Positions 6,433 to 14,819 of a DNA stretch of 20,000 bases are shown piece after piece (position 1 is the first letter of the stretch; every line of letters begins with the position of its first letter). The DNA comes from an uncultured virus (IMG/VR IMGVR_UViG_3300025646_000023) (taxonomy: Duplodnaviria > Heunggongvirae > Uroviricota > Caudoviricetes), in IMG/VR virus record IMGVR_UViG_3300025646_000023; one strand, written 5' to 3'. Below the pieces are notes generated by a model. It had not been told where the DNA came from and made no database searches. It saw only the letters and a program-made list of their open reading frames with translations. The position numbers and the translations under genes are program-made.

Positions 6433-6561
6433 ATGGCTAACAAAGACAAAGTATTAACGGACATTCGTGGAGGCAATAAATCTATTCCTCTCAAGCGTCA
6501 ACGTCCTAAATCCAAATCCAATTTTGCATTAATCAAACAAACCAATACCAAATCTAATTAG
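6433..6561 (+). CDS. small basic protein, 42 aa (MANKDKVLTDIRGGNKSIPLKRQRPK...)
   Basis: ACACC-ATG leader; stop 2 nt before the next ATG; translated by hand. Confidence 0.6.
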   Translation: MANKDKVLTDIRGGNKSIPLKRQRPKSKSNFALIKQTNTKSN

Positions 6562-6563
6562 CC

Positions 6564-6902
6564 ATGACTAAGAAGAAGAAATCTGGTCGTCAAGAAACCT
6601 TGCCTGTCAAGGATTACGACACCAAGATCAAATACATCATGGATCATTTCAACTTCACCAAGGTCCATGATGCAATGCTTGCTCTGGACTGGAAGTGGCA
6701 ACATTCAAATGATCTAGAAGATCAAACTACTCGCGTTCCAAACATTGAACGCATCAAAGAGACTGCCCGTTATCTTCTCTATAAAGCAGCAACAGAGAAG
6801 GAACGCCACTGGGGAACAGGTGGTTTTGAAACCAGACGTTTTATGTCGGGTGAACTAAGCCTCATGTTTGTCCTTGCTGAATACCACTCTTGTAACGATT
6901 AG
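6564..6902 (+). CDS. hypothetical phage protein, 112 aa (IMDHFNFTKVHDAMLALDWKW...GTGGF)
   Basis: ORF track; motif I recall from phage hypothetical proteins. Confidence 0.8.
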   Translation: MTKKKKSGRQETLPVKDYDTKIKYIMDHFNFTKVHDAMLALDWKWQHSNDLEDQTTRVPNIERIKETARYLLYKAATEKERHWGTGGFETRRFMSGELSLMFVLAEYHSCND

Positions 6903-6913
6903 TCTCCAGAACA

Positions 6914-7114
6914 ATGTTTAAGATCCTTCAAACAGTCCATCACAATGATGGCAAAGATCCACATCGAACTTGGTATACAACAGAAACTAACTTATATACA
7001 GCTTTAGATCTAGTTGAAGAATATAATCAACGTAATCACCAAAGTAATCAAGATGAAAGCAAGATACCAATCACTTATCACATTGAGTACGCACCAGAAC
7101 TAATGAATGGCTAA
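6914..7114 (+). CDS. hypothetical protein, 66 aa
   Basis: ORF track; tight tiling. Confidence 0.7.
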   Translation: MFKILQTVHHNDGKDPHRTWYTTETNLYTALDLVEEYNQRNHQSNQDESKIPITYHIEYAPELMNG

Positions 7115-7448
7115 CCATCCTCAGTTCTTTATCCATCGCAACAAGAACAAATCTCTCATCATCAAAACCATGAACAACATTGAATGGGAATCCAACGACA
7201 ATGCCAAGGATCTCAGCAAGACTGATGCACCAACCATGCGTCAGTTGGCTGGGATGCAACTTGTCGCCAGGATGAAAGAAGCAGCAGACAAAGCAGGTGC
7301 TGGCTTTGTTGGTGGCTTCATTGATGAGAATGGTAATCGCTTCATGATGTCAAACATCAGTGAAGATGATATCCAAACTCAATACATCATGGAAAAACTA
7401 GATGAATATAAGCGTGAACTAGAAGAGGATGCACCAGACTGGAAGTAA
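7107..7448 (+). CDS. hypothetical protein, up to 113 aa
   Basis: ORF track; overlaps the previous stop; an alternative start at the internal ATG (MNNIEW) is possible. Confidence 0.75.
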   Translation: MANHPQFFIHRNKNKSLIIKTMNNIEWESNDNAKDLSKTDAPTMRQLAGMQLVARMKEAADKAGAGFVGGFIDENGNRFMMSNISEDDIQTQYIMEKLDEYKRELEEDAPDWK

Positions 7449-7466
7449 GCCTACCTTACTTCAGTT

Positions 7467-7790
7467 ATGTACAACGTCTGGAATGCAGCTGCCTATGAAA
7501 TAACGAACATCCTCATCGAATACAAACGTTCTTTAGAACTTAATCCTTTTATCAAAGCTATCCGTCTCCATTGCTTCCCAGACTGGGTGGCATGGAAGAC
7601 AGAACGTACCATGAAGAACGTTGACAAACAAATTGCAAAGCTCCAAGAGCAGATGCAAATTGAACATGATAAGAAATATGTAACACCTATCATCAGGGAA
7701 CACAAACCTGATGAATCCAAGGCGCAACAGCTACTTGGCGGTACATTACAAATCACAGCACCCTGGTACAAACCAGAACCTAAAGAGTGA
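7467..7790 (+). CDS. hypothetical protein, 107 aa
   Basis: ORF track; short coiled-coil segment. Confidence 0.75.
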   Translation: MYNVWNAAAYEITNILIEYKRSLELNPFIKAIRLHCFPDWVAWKTERTMKNVDKQIAKLQEQMQIEHDKKYVTPIIREHKPDESKAQQLLGGTLQITAPWYKPEPKE

Positions 7791-7805
7791 TTCCGTGTAC
7801 ACTGC

Positions 7806-8090
7806 ATGAACCTCTATACCTTCGCCGTCAAGACAATGAAGATGCGTCAATCGCCAGCTGATCAGAAACAAGAACAATTTGTTGAAGCATTACGTAATGT
7901 CCATTTCAAAATTACGAACCTCCTTGAGGATCCTCTCTTTATTGATAGTATTCACGGCGAACAAGAGATGGGTCTTGACCTGGCTCTTGACCTCATTGAC
8001 AACATCATTGCTCGCATCGAAATCAAGGACACCCAGCCTCAAGCTAACTTGATGGATCAACTGGAACGTACTGCAGTCGATGCAACCTGA
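7806..8090 (+). CDS. hypothetical protein, 94 aa
   Basis: ORF track; tiling. Confidence 0.75.
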   Translation: MNLYTFAVKTMKMRQSPADQKQEQFVEALRNVHFKITNLLEDPLFIDSIHGEQEMGLDLALDLIDNIIARIEIKDTQPQANLMDQLERTAVDAT

Positions 8091-8213
8091 GACTCATAAG
8101 AATCAGTTACATGTAACGTACGAACAGTCCACTCCAGGCTGTGATCCTAAACTACTTCAGCCGTGGTCCTCCTGTATCTGCAGTTGGATCACGGTCTTTT
8201 TGCACACAATCCA

Positions 8214-8603
8214 ATGTTCTCACCATCTGAATACCTCACAAATCTCAGGCAGATCAGTCTCCTCAATGGCCTCGTGACGCCAAGGGGACAGATGCCTGCC
8301 ATCCCTCCAATCCCTCAAATGAATGTAGGGCCTGGAATCCCTGTTGTTGCAACGGTTCCGCCAGCTGGTGGAGAATGTAACGACATGATTGGATTCCTTG
8401 CTACCTCATCTCTTGGCCTCAAGATTGCAGCCATCGTTGGTACTGCATTGATTGTTGCCTACTTTGTCAAGAAGTATGGCAAGACAATCCTTACTGGCCT
8501 ACGTGGCAAGATCCAACAGATCCTTGCTTCCATTGAGAACAAGATCCGCAAGCAACGTACTGTTTACCTGCTTGCTCCTGCTCCATCGATGGTGATCGGC
8601 TGA
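8214..8603 (+). CDS. hypothetical membrane protein, 129 aa (MFSPSEYL...)
   Basis: Internal ATG of track ORF 8163..8603, after hairpin 8161-8194 and TTTGCACAC; TM segment IAAIVGTALIVAYFV. Confidence 0.75.
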   Translation: MFSPSEYLTNLRQISLLNGLVTPRGQMPAIPPIPQMNVGPGIPVVATVPPAGGECNDMIGFLATSSLGLKIAAIVGTALIVAYFVKKYGKTILTGLRGKIQQILASIENKIRKQRTVYLLAPAPSMVIG

Positions 8604-8872
8604 TGGTTTACAGAACCAAGGCACATCATTTCTACAAAGGCAATGCCAAGTTTGCCCGCACCAAACAGTTTTGGACTGTATGGCGCAAGGTACGGATGGT
8701 CATTGGCATCATCTATGACAGCTGCTCAGTCATCTTGGTACTCATGAGTCTTGACAAGATTTATAAGTTCAAGAGCTGGCGCGTTGTCAAACCATGGCAA
8801 ATCGCTACCCTTGTGGAACGCATTCCAAAGCTGTTCAAAACCTTAAGACACCACTTCACTTATGGGATCTGA
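8603..8872 (+). CDS. basic hypothetical protein, possible membrane protein, 89 aa
   Basis: TGATG coupling with the previous gene. Confidence 0.65.
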   Translation: MVYRTKAHHFYKGNAKFARTKQFWTVWRKVRMVIGIIYDSCSVILVLMSLDKIYKFKSWRVVKPWQIATLVERIPKLFKTLRHHFTYGI

Positions 8873-8936
8873 CCCTCTCCAGTAGGACCAAACCGATAGG
8901 AAAAACTTAAGGTTACCTTCACGTTTGCTTATCGAT

Positions 8937-8984
8937 CCATTGCTACGCTAGTTTGCCTACAAACCCTGTCGTAGCAATGGTTTT
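8937..8984 (+). terminator. probable intrinsic terminator
   Basis: CCAUUGCUACG(8937-47)/CGUAGCAAUGG(8970-80), inner GUUUG/CAAAC stem, then UUUU. Confidence 0.55.
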
Positions 8985-9057
8985 CACTTCTACACAACAC
9001 CGTACTTGGACAGGTTTGTGCCCTCGATAATTAATTACCGGATGGAAAATATCTCCC

Positions 9058-9225
9058 ATGGAATCCAATATGAACACACAAGGAAAACTGGCTTGGGCAA
9101 TCCTTGCTCAACGACCTGACGGAAAGAGCGAAGTCATTAAGATCACTGATCACGAAGAAGCTGATCAGGCTGTCAAAGAAAACCCCACTCTTTGGTACAA
9201 GAGCGGTCCATTTGTGTTAATCTAA
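9058..9225 (+). CDS. small hypothetical protein, 55 aa (MESNMNTQGKLAWAILAQRPDGKSEVIKI...)
   Basis: Translated by hand, ATG 9058 (or 9070) to TAA 9225; globular composition. Confidence 0.65.
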   Translation: MESNMNTQGKLAWAILAQRPDGKSEVIKITDHEEADQAVKENPTLWYKSGPFVLI

Positions 9226-9280
9226 GTCCACTCCGGGGATCATCCTCGTCACTGATCCCTGGGGAACCTAACCAAACCTA

Positions 9281-9490
9281 ATGAAACTTCCCGTGACTGC
9301 TTACATCGTCATGATGCACCATGCTGATGTAGGTACTTTTGCTCCTGCTTTCCCAAACCTAGACGATGCCATTGAGTTCTCCAATGCCATGCGTCTTATC
9401 AATGATCAACTGTGTGTAGCAGAACCAGTCCCCCTGGTATCAACTGTGTCGCCAGGTGTAAGCAAAGTTATGGACTGGGTTGATCACTGA
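9281..9490 (+). CDS. hypothetical protein, 69 aa
   Basis: ORF track. Confidence 0.7.
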   Translation: MKLPVTAYIVMMHHADVGTFAPAFPNLDDAIEFSNAMRLINDQLCVAEPVPLVSTVSPGVSKVMDWVDH

Positions 9491-9513
9491 TTACGACAAA
9501 AGAAAAGAGTAAG

Positions 9514-9548
9514 AATCTGTGTTATCTTGTATCGAGGTAACACAGATT
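9514..9548. promoter_or_regulatory. 11-bp inverted repeat directly upstream of the RHH-like gene (operator or terminator)
   Basis: AATCTGTGTTA(9514-24)-N13-TAACACAGATT(9538-48); ATG at 9553. Confidence 0.55.
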
Positions 9549-9552
9549 TTTT

Positions 9553-9801
9553 ATGGCAGTCGTACTATCCGTTAGTATCCCAGATGATATGCACTCCAGG
9601 TGGAAAACATCTGGACTTGATATTAGTCCTAGTGCAATCTTTCAAAACGCACTTGAGTCTCAACTTACAGAAACAAATCAACAGCTAACTTACTGGAGCA
9701 ACCGTGCATTAGCTGCTGAAAAGAAATTGAAAACCATTGAGAAGTTACTACTTGCCAATGATAAAGAAATTAAGAAGTTCCTTTACTTTGATGAGATGTG
9801 A
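9553..9801 (+). CDS. ribbon-helix-helix (CcdA-like) DNA-binding protein, 82 aa
   Basis: 'LSVSIPDDMHSRWKTSGLDISPSAIFQNALESQL' matches the beta-strand/helix/helix pattern of CcdA-type RHH; C-terminal coiled coil. Confidence 0.65.
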   Translation: MAVVLSVSIPDDMHSRWKTSGLDISPSAIFQNALESQLTETNQQLTYWSNRALAAEKKLKTIEKLLLANDKEIKKFLYFDEM

Positions 9802-9865
9802 TTCTCCTTACATCTCAAACCAACATTGTTCGGTAAGCTACAATGAACAATAAATAACAAGGCAC

Positions 9866-10048
9866 ATGTCCGATAGGTCGTACCTTACTCTTACTGACGA
9901 TCAACGTCTTGATATTGCAAGCCTCTTGACGACCTTGAAAGGTATGGGTATCGTCCGTAATGAAACAGATTTCCAGCGGTTTATCTCTGGTTGTTTCTTC
10001 CGTGGTCTTTACGAATACAAAAAGGATTTATCCCGTAATGACTGCTAA
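9866..10048 (+). CDS. hypothetical protein, 60 aa
   Basis: ORF track. Confidence 0.65.
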   Translation: MSDRSYLTLTDDQRLDIASLLTTLKGMGIVRNETDFQRFISGCFFRGLYEYKKDLSRNDC

Positions 10049-10077
10049 ACTGTTTCAACGACACGCACTCAACCAAG

Positions 10078-10641
10078 ATGCAAAAGGAATTTGATTCCGT
10101 CGATCTCGACAAACTAAACAAGATCCACTCTGCTATTGGTTTACCTGATAAACCTGAAGGATACGTAGAAGATAAAGACGACGAGATTATCGAACCTGAT
10201 GTGGCTCGTGAATGTGGTGAATGCAACCTATGCTGCCACGGCTGGTTATATGCTGAAGTCTTTGACCAGGTTCTAACCTATGGTTCACCTTGCCATTATG
10301 TTGGCTGTAATGGATGCACCGTTTACGAACAACGCCCTGAAGATCCATGCCGCGTTTACAAATGCGTCTGGCTCCAGGATGGAACGTTCCCTGAATGGAT
10401 GAAGCCTAGCCAATCAAAGCTGATTGGTAGCTGGCGTAAGTGGAAACATAACGGCGAGCTAGAAGATTACATTGAAGTATGTGAATGCGGTGACATTATT
10501 CGAGGTCGTGATCTTCAATGGTTGATCACTGCATCCAAAGAACAAGAACTGAACATCATGTATATGGTGGACGGTAAGCGTTATGCAGCAGGTAGTGATG
10601 CATTCGTCAAATGGTTTGAAGAAGATTTCGAGTGGCTATAA
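10078..10641 (+). CDS. CxxCxxCC (YkgJ-like) Fe-S/zinc-chelating protein
   Basis: CGECNLCC, PCHY...GCTVYEQRPEDPCRVYKCVW cysteine pattern. Confidence 0.8.
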   Translation: MQKEFDSVDLDKLNKIHSAIGLPDKPEGYVEDKDDEIIEPDVARECGECNLCCHGWLYAEVFDQVLTYGSPCHYVGCNGCTVYEQRPEDPCRVYKCVWLQDGTFPEWMKPSQSKLIGSWRKWKHNGELEDYIEVCECGDIIRGRDLQWLITASKEQELNIMYMVDGKRYAAGSDAFVKWFEEDFEWL

Positions 10642-10694
10642 ACAAACTATTAAGACAATATAAATAACTTAATAAATAATTAAATCTATTTGAA

Positions 10695-10732
10695 GAGGCT
10701 GGCAGTACTACTGACTAGCCTCATTTTATTTT
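10695..10732 (+). terminator. intrinsic terminator
   Basis: GAGGCUGG/CUAGCCUC stem with inner CAGU/ACUG, followed by AUUUUAUUUU. Confidence 0.65.
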
Positions 10733-11016
10733 GCAAACAAATCTCAAAAACATTCCCCTTGGAGAACGGCCCACCGCCACGTAAGAATATTAGATATATA
10801 CATAACAATATAACTAACAATAGATACATATGTACCAATACATACTCCAATACATACCCCACCTAATAGATAAAAAAATGGACCGGGCACCACCCCAGTC
10901 CAATTCCTACTTTGCACACACAGCCTTCAGTATTCCTTTCTGAAGCTGCATTGCCAGTCTAGAGCGCCGCCGCTAGTATTTGCAAGCAAACGGCGCAAAT
11001 CCATTGCACACGTACC

Positions 11017-11442
11017 ATGCCCTTTCAATTCCAACCTGTTCAGCTCCTTGAACTCTCAGAAGCTGACGCCCCTTCCATCGATGTTCAAGATGGAAAGATG
11101 ATCCTCACTGCACAACGTGGTAACGAGCAGATCCGTATCACTGCTCCTCTACATCACGTCATGCCCCAGGTCAAGGCAACTGAAGTCAAGATGCCAAAGA
11201 CCCGACGCAAAGGTGTCCCACTTCCTGGTGGTGATAAGCGCGTTGGTGAACTCAACGGCATGGCTAAGCTCAATGAACAACACGTCCGTGAGATCCGTCT
11301 CATGATGAGCGATCCAAAATTTATGGCCAGCTTTCCTTCCAAGCAAGCAATGCTAGAAGAGATCTCAAAAGCTTATGGCGTTCACGTGGCAACCGTCAGG
11401 AACGTCATTGAAAACGTCAGCTGGAAGCACGTCAAGATCTGA
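11017..11442 (+). CDS. DNA-binding protein with the C-terminal HTH typical of phage HNH endonucleases, but no nuclease domain
   Basis: 'GELNGMAKLNEQHVREIR...ISKAYGVHVATVRNVIENVSWKHV'; no H-N-H motif upstream. Confidence 0.7.
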   Translation: MPFQFQPVQLLELSEADAPSIDVQDGKMILTAQRGNEQIRITAPLHHVMPQVKATEVKMPKTRRKGVPLPGGDKRVGELNGMAKLNEQHVREIRLMMSDPKFMASFPSKQAMLEEISKAYGVHVATVRNVIENVSWKHVKI

Positions 11443-11834
11443 TGGAAAAAACGTACAGTATCTTGGTTCAGTTCGGAGATGGCAAACCCATGCCATCTAA
11501 GATCAGAGCAAAGAATGGAATTGATGCACAAGATAAAGCACTTGCTGCTAACCCTGGTGCACGTTCCATCCGCGTTACTGGTGTCTTAGATATCCATCCA
11601 CCTAAGGCACCACGTATTGCCAAGACAAAGCCCAAGGAGCCTGAGCATCCATTGTTTACTGATGTTGATCAGGAAACAATGAATAGTTATCTCAGGTCTT
11701 CTCCTCAAGAAAGTAAACTACAGGTTTGCCACCAGCTCAGGAGAGCAGGTCTCACCTATAAAGCAATTGCTCGGCAGTTGGGTATGGGTGAAACAACAGT
11801 CAGAAGTTGGATTAAAAACACACTTACTTCTTGA
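11442..11834 (+). CDS. helix-turn-helix DNA-binding protein
   Basis: C-terminal 'LRRAGLTYKAIARQLGMGETTVRSWI' HTH; TGATG-coupled. Confidence 0.8.
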   Translation: MEKTYSILVQFGDGKPMPSKIRAKNGIDAQDKALAANPGARSIRVTGVLDIHPPKAPRIAKTKPKEPEHPLFTDVDQETMNSYLRSSPQESKLQVCHQLRRAGLTYKAIARQLGMGETTVRSWIKNTLTS

Positions 11835-11871
11835 CATCTAGTAGTAGTATAAAGCAGCGTTAGTTGCTTTT

Positions 11872-12078
11872 ATGGAAACCTGTAGTGAAGATGGTCTCAC
11901 CGTTACCTTTAACGATGAGACCAATATTTTTACGTTTGAATGGGATGAAGAAACCCATCCAGAATACAACTTTCTTAAAGATTTGACCGGTGATGATTTT
12001 GCTACCATGATGCGCGAGTACCTTGCTACTTTGGATACCCCAACCAATGGCTCCCAGTCTGCCTCCAGTCCTGCCTAA
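11872..12078 (+). CDS. small acidic hypothetical protein, 68 aa
   Basis: ORF track. Confidence 0.7.
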   Translation: METCSEDGLTVTFNDETNIFTFEWDEETHPEYNFLKDLTGDDFATMMREYLATLDTPTNGSQSASSPA

Positions 12079-12367
12079 GTTCAAACCAGGTGATCGCGTA
12101 GCAGAGCGGCCTAAAGCTTCTCTGCTTTCTGCGGTGCGCACTGAAGTAAGAGAATCAATCAAACAATACACAACTCACAGACGTGGTGTTGTGGTTGATA
12201 ACACAATCAAAGTTCTTACTTCAAGGAATGGTCGAACCAGTAGGGTTTGTTATGTCAGTATCCTTTGGGATGGATTGAAAACTCCTTCTCAACATTCACA
12301 GATGCGCATCTGTTTGGAGTCTGAATATGAAAAACTCCGTGAAGATTACTATTCACTAATGGAATAA
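12047..12367 (+). CDS. SH3/KOW-like small beta-barrel protein (FKPGDRV...ILWDG), paralog 1
   Basis: Internal ATG of track ORF 12023..12367; FKxGDRV motif. Confidence 0.75.
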   Translation: MAPSLPPVLPKFKPGDRVAERPKASLLSAVRTEVRESIKQYTTHRRGVVVDNTIKVLTSRNGRTSRVCYVSILWDGLKTPSQHSQMRICLESEYEKLREDYYSLME

Positions 12368-12372
12368 ATCAC

Positions 12373-12705
12373 ATGACACATCCAATCATCCCATCTGCTA
12401 ATCTCATTCTCCAGTGGCGTGCACAATGGCAGAATGATAACGAAGAAATAGAACTAACTAACTTGATTTACCAAGCTGCTCGCTGGGGTGCTGATCAGGA
12501 ACTAGAAGCCTGTTGTGATTGGTTAGAAAGTAACCAAGCTGTAGATCCAGAAGAAACTGTAGAAGGACTTTACGATGAACGTCGTGGTAACTGCTTAACA
12601 GTTAAAGAGCAGGCGTTACACGCTCTTGAAGTTTTAGTAGAAGAAGGACTTGATAAAAAGTCTTACGACGTTATTCTTGATGCTCTTGAATCTTTACCCG
12701 ATTAA
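12373..12705 (+). CDS. hypothetical phage protein (AARWGADQELEACCDWL motif), 110 aa
   Basis: ORF track; motif I recall from cyanophage hypothetical proteins. Confidence 0.8.
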   Translation: MTHPIIPSANLILQWRAQWQNDNEEIELTNLIYQAARWGADQELEACCDWLESNQAVDPEETVEGLYDERRGNCLTVKEQALHALEVLVEEGLDKKSYDVILDALESLPD

Positions 12706-12725
12706 AACCATCACAACCAACAACA

Positions 12726-12983
12726 ATGAGTGGTAAAGCTAGGCGTGAATTTAAGGTTGGTGATCGCGTTAAGTATAACAAAAAAGGAATGTCAGGTCCT
12801 CTCTCACCAACAAGCAAACCTCACACAGTCTTCCCCAGTCGCTTAGGTGAAGTAACCGGAATCTTTATTAAAGAAGATAGCAAAGGTTACAAACGTAAGT
12901 GGATTCAAGTACTCTGGGATGGTGCCGTCCGTTCTAGTGATCACGCTAGTCAACGTTTAGTTTTTGAAAATGAGGAATGCTAA
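12726..12983 (+). CDS. SH3/KOW-like small beta-barrel protein (FKVGDRV...VLWDG), paralog 2
   Basis: ORF track; similar to 12047..12367. Confidence 0.75.
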   Translation: MSGKARREFKVGDRVKYNKKGMSGPLSPTSKPHTVFPSRLGEVTGIFIKEDSKGYKRKWIQVLWDGAVRSSDHASQRLVFENEEC

Positions 12984-13637
12984 ATGAGCATTGTTGAACT
13001 CATCTGGAGAACGCCAGATGCAGAAGCTTTAATTACAAAGATGGCTCGTGTCTCTGCGCCAGCTAACGAAAATAACATGGAGACAGCTCCTAAGTTGTTA
13101 CGTTATCTGATTAAGAATGCACACTGGTCGCCATTTGAAATGGCAAACATGTGCGTAGAAATCCACACAACTCGTGCTATCTCTGCTCAGATCTTACGCC
13201 ACCGCTCATTTTCATTCCAGGAATTTAGCCAGCGCTACGCAGATATTAATCTGCTTGGTTCAACCTATGTTCCTCATTTACGTCGTCAAGATCTAAAGAA
13301 CAGACAAAACTCTGTTGATGATCTTGATGCAGAATTAACTGGTCAATTTTACAGGCGTATCAGTACACTCTTTGAAGAGAGTGAACATCTTTATAAGGAG
13401 ATGGTAAGCAAAGGTGTTGCTAAGGAATGTGCTCGTAGCATTCTTCCCCTTGCATCTCCGACTCGTTTATACATGAATGGTTCCTTACGTTCCTGGATTA
13501 CTTATCTATCTCTACGTGAGAAGAATGGTACTCAAATGGAACACATGCAGATTGCAAAAGATATTAAAACGATCTTCTGTGGGCAGTTCCCCATCATTGC
13601 AGAGGCCCTGGGCGGCAGCGACCCCTGGGAGATTTAA
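12984..13637 (+). CDS. thyX: FAD-dependent thymidylate synthase
   Basis: HWSPFE, 'QILRHRSFSFQEFSQRY' ThyX signature (RHRx7SxR), 'ECARSILP', 'TQMEH'. Confidence 0.97.
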   Translation: MSIVELIWRTPDAEALITKMARVSAPANENNMETAPKLLRYLIKNAHWSPFEMANMCVEIHTTRAISAQILRHRSFSFQEFSQRYADINLLGSTYVPHLRRQDLKNRQNSVDDLDAELTGQFYRRISTLFEESEHLYKEMVSKGVAKECARSILPLASPTRLYMNGSLRSWITYLSLREKNGTQMEHMQIAKDIKTIFCGQFPIIAEALGGSDPWEI

Positions 13638-13664
13638 TATAGATGCTTCCTCCAGGGGCAGCCC

Positions 13665-13820
13665 ATGGATGACGACAGCCTGAAGACAGCTGCTCTTGCA
13701 GCTTGGTTAGACATTGTTTACGGTGGACAGGACATGCGAGAGTACACCTACTCCCTGCGTGTTATCCGTCGTGCAATAGAGAAAGTACCAGAACATATAA
13801 AGATTACAGAATCTGATTAA
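13665..13820 (+). CDS. small hypothetical protein, 51 aa (MDDDSLKTAALAAWLDIV...VIRRAIEKVPE)
   Basis: Translated by hand; resembles the C terminus of 12373..12705. Confidence 0.65.
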   Translation: MDDDSLKTAALAAWLDIVYGGQDMREYTYSLRVIRRAIEKVPEHIKITESD

Positions 13821-13877
13821 CTGCCTGGGCATCCTTTGGAGTAAGTCCCAGGCTTTGTTGTATTTGCACACACCACG

Positions 13878-14819
13878 ATGGACAACACAACCCAAAACAA
13901 ACTACCAAAGGTTCCTGAAAAAGCGCTTGAAGCTTTGAAGGCTGGTATTCAATCTGTTCTTGACTCGAAGGATTGGATTGGTTTTCTTTCTGCCATCAGG
14001 CAGATCCATGATTACAGCTTCAATAACAAGCTCCTGATTATGCTTTCGCAACAGAAGCGTGGCTGGCCGTTCAGCCCACTTGTTGCAGGCAGGAGTAAGT
14101 GGAATGAGAAATTTAATCGGCAGCTTAAGGAAGGAGAATTTACCAAACCGATTTGGATTCTTGCGCCAGTCCTTATTGACAAGCGCGACGAGAACGGCAA
14201 TGTCATTCGGAAGTCGGATGGCACGCCCGAGAAGCTTGCTATTCGGTTCCGTGGAGTCAAGGTTTACGACCACCATCAAACCCACGGGGATCCAATCCCC
14301 GAACCAGATACCTCCACGATGTTAGCCCAATTGGATCAGAATGCTCCGGCTGAAGTGCTCTGTGGCATGTATGGTGTTGCAGAACGTCGCTCTGTTCAAG
14401 TCCTCACCATTGGTGAACAGGAACTAGGTAGAGCACTAGGCCGCTGCTGGTTTGAAAATAGTGGTCGCGCCAGTAGAATTGAACTGCGTAGTGACCTGAA
14501 CACTGCAACCATGATCAGTGTCCTGGCCCATGAGCTAGGCCATGCCATCCTTCACAACCGTGATGAGTACCAGGAGCATGACTCGTCCTCGATCAAAGAA
14601 CTTGAAGCAGAGTCAGTCGCGTATCTTGTTTGTTCTTATTACGGTTTGGATCTTGGTGGTCGTAGCTTCCAGTACATTGTTCATCACAACGTTGCGTCTG
14701 ATGATGTCGTAGCTGACCTACTCAAGTCAGGTGATCGGATCTTCCGTGCTTACCAGGAGATCATTACAACTGTTGATCAGTTAGTTCACCAAGAAACCAA
14801 ACAGCTTCTTGCTGCTTGA
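13878..14819 (+). CDS. ardC: ArdC-like antirestriction protein: ssDNA-binding N-terminal domain plus zincin metallopeptidase-like domain
   Basis: 'HDYSFNNKLLI..Q', 'W...R..K.GE', 'F....VYD..QT.G' ArdC-N motifs; HELGH and 'ELEAESVAYLVC..YGLD' zincin motifs. Confidence 0.85.
   Translation: MDNTTQNKLPKVPEKALEALKAGIQSVLDSKDWIGFLSAIRQIHDYSFNNKLLIMLSQQKRGWPFSPLVAGRSKWNEKFNRQLKEGEFTKPIWILAPVLIDKRDENGNVIRKSDGTPEKLAIRFRGVKVYDHHQTHGDPIPEPDTSTMLAQLDQNAPAEVLCGMYGVAERRSVQVLTIGEQELGRALGRCWFENSGRASRIELRSDLNTATMISVLAHELGHAILHNRDEYQEHDSSSIKELEAESVAYLVCSYYGLDLGGRSFQYIVHHNVASDDVVADLLKSGDRIFRAYQEIITTVDQLVHQETKQLLAA

Noticed and set aside
11831..11853. TTGACA...TATAAA sigma70 promoter
   Set aside because: Spacer is only 11 nt.
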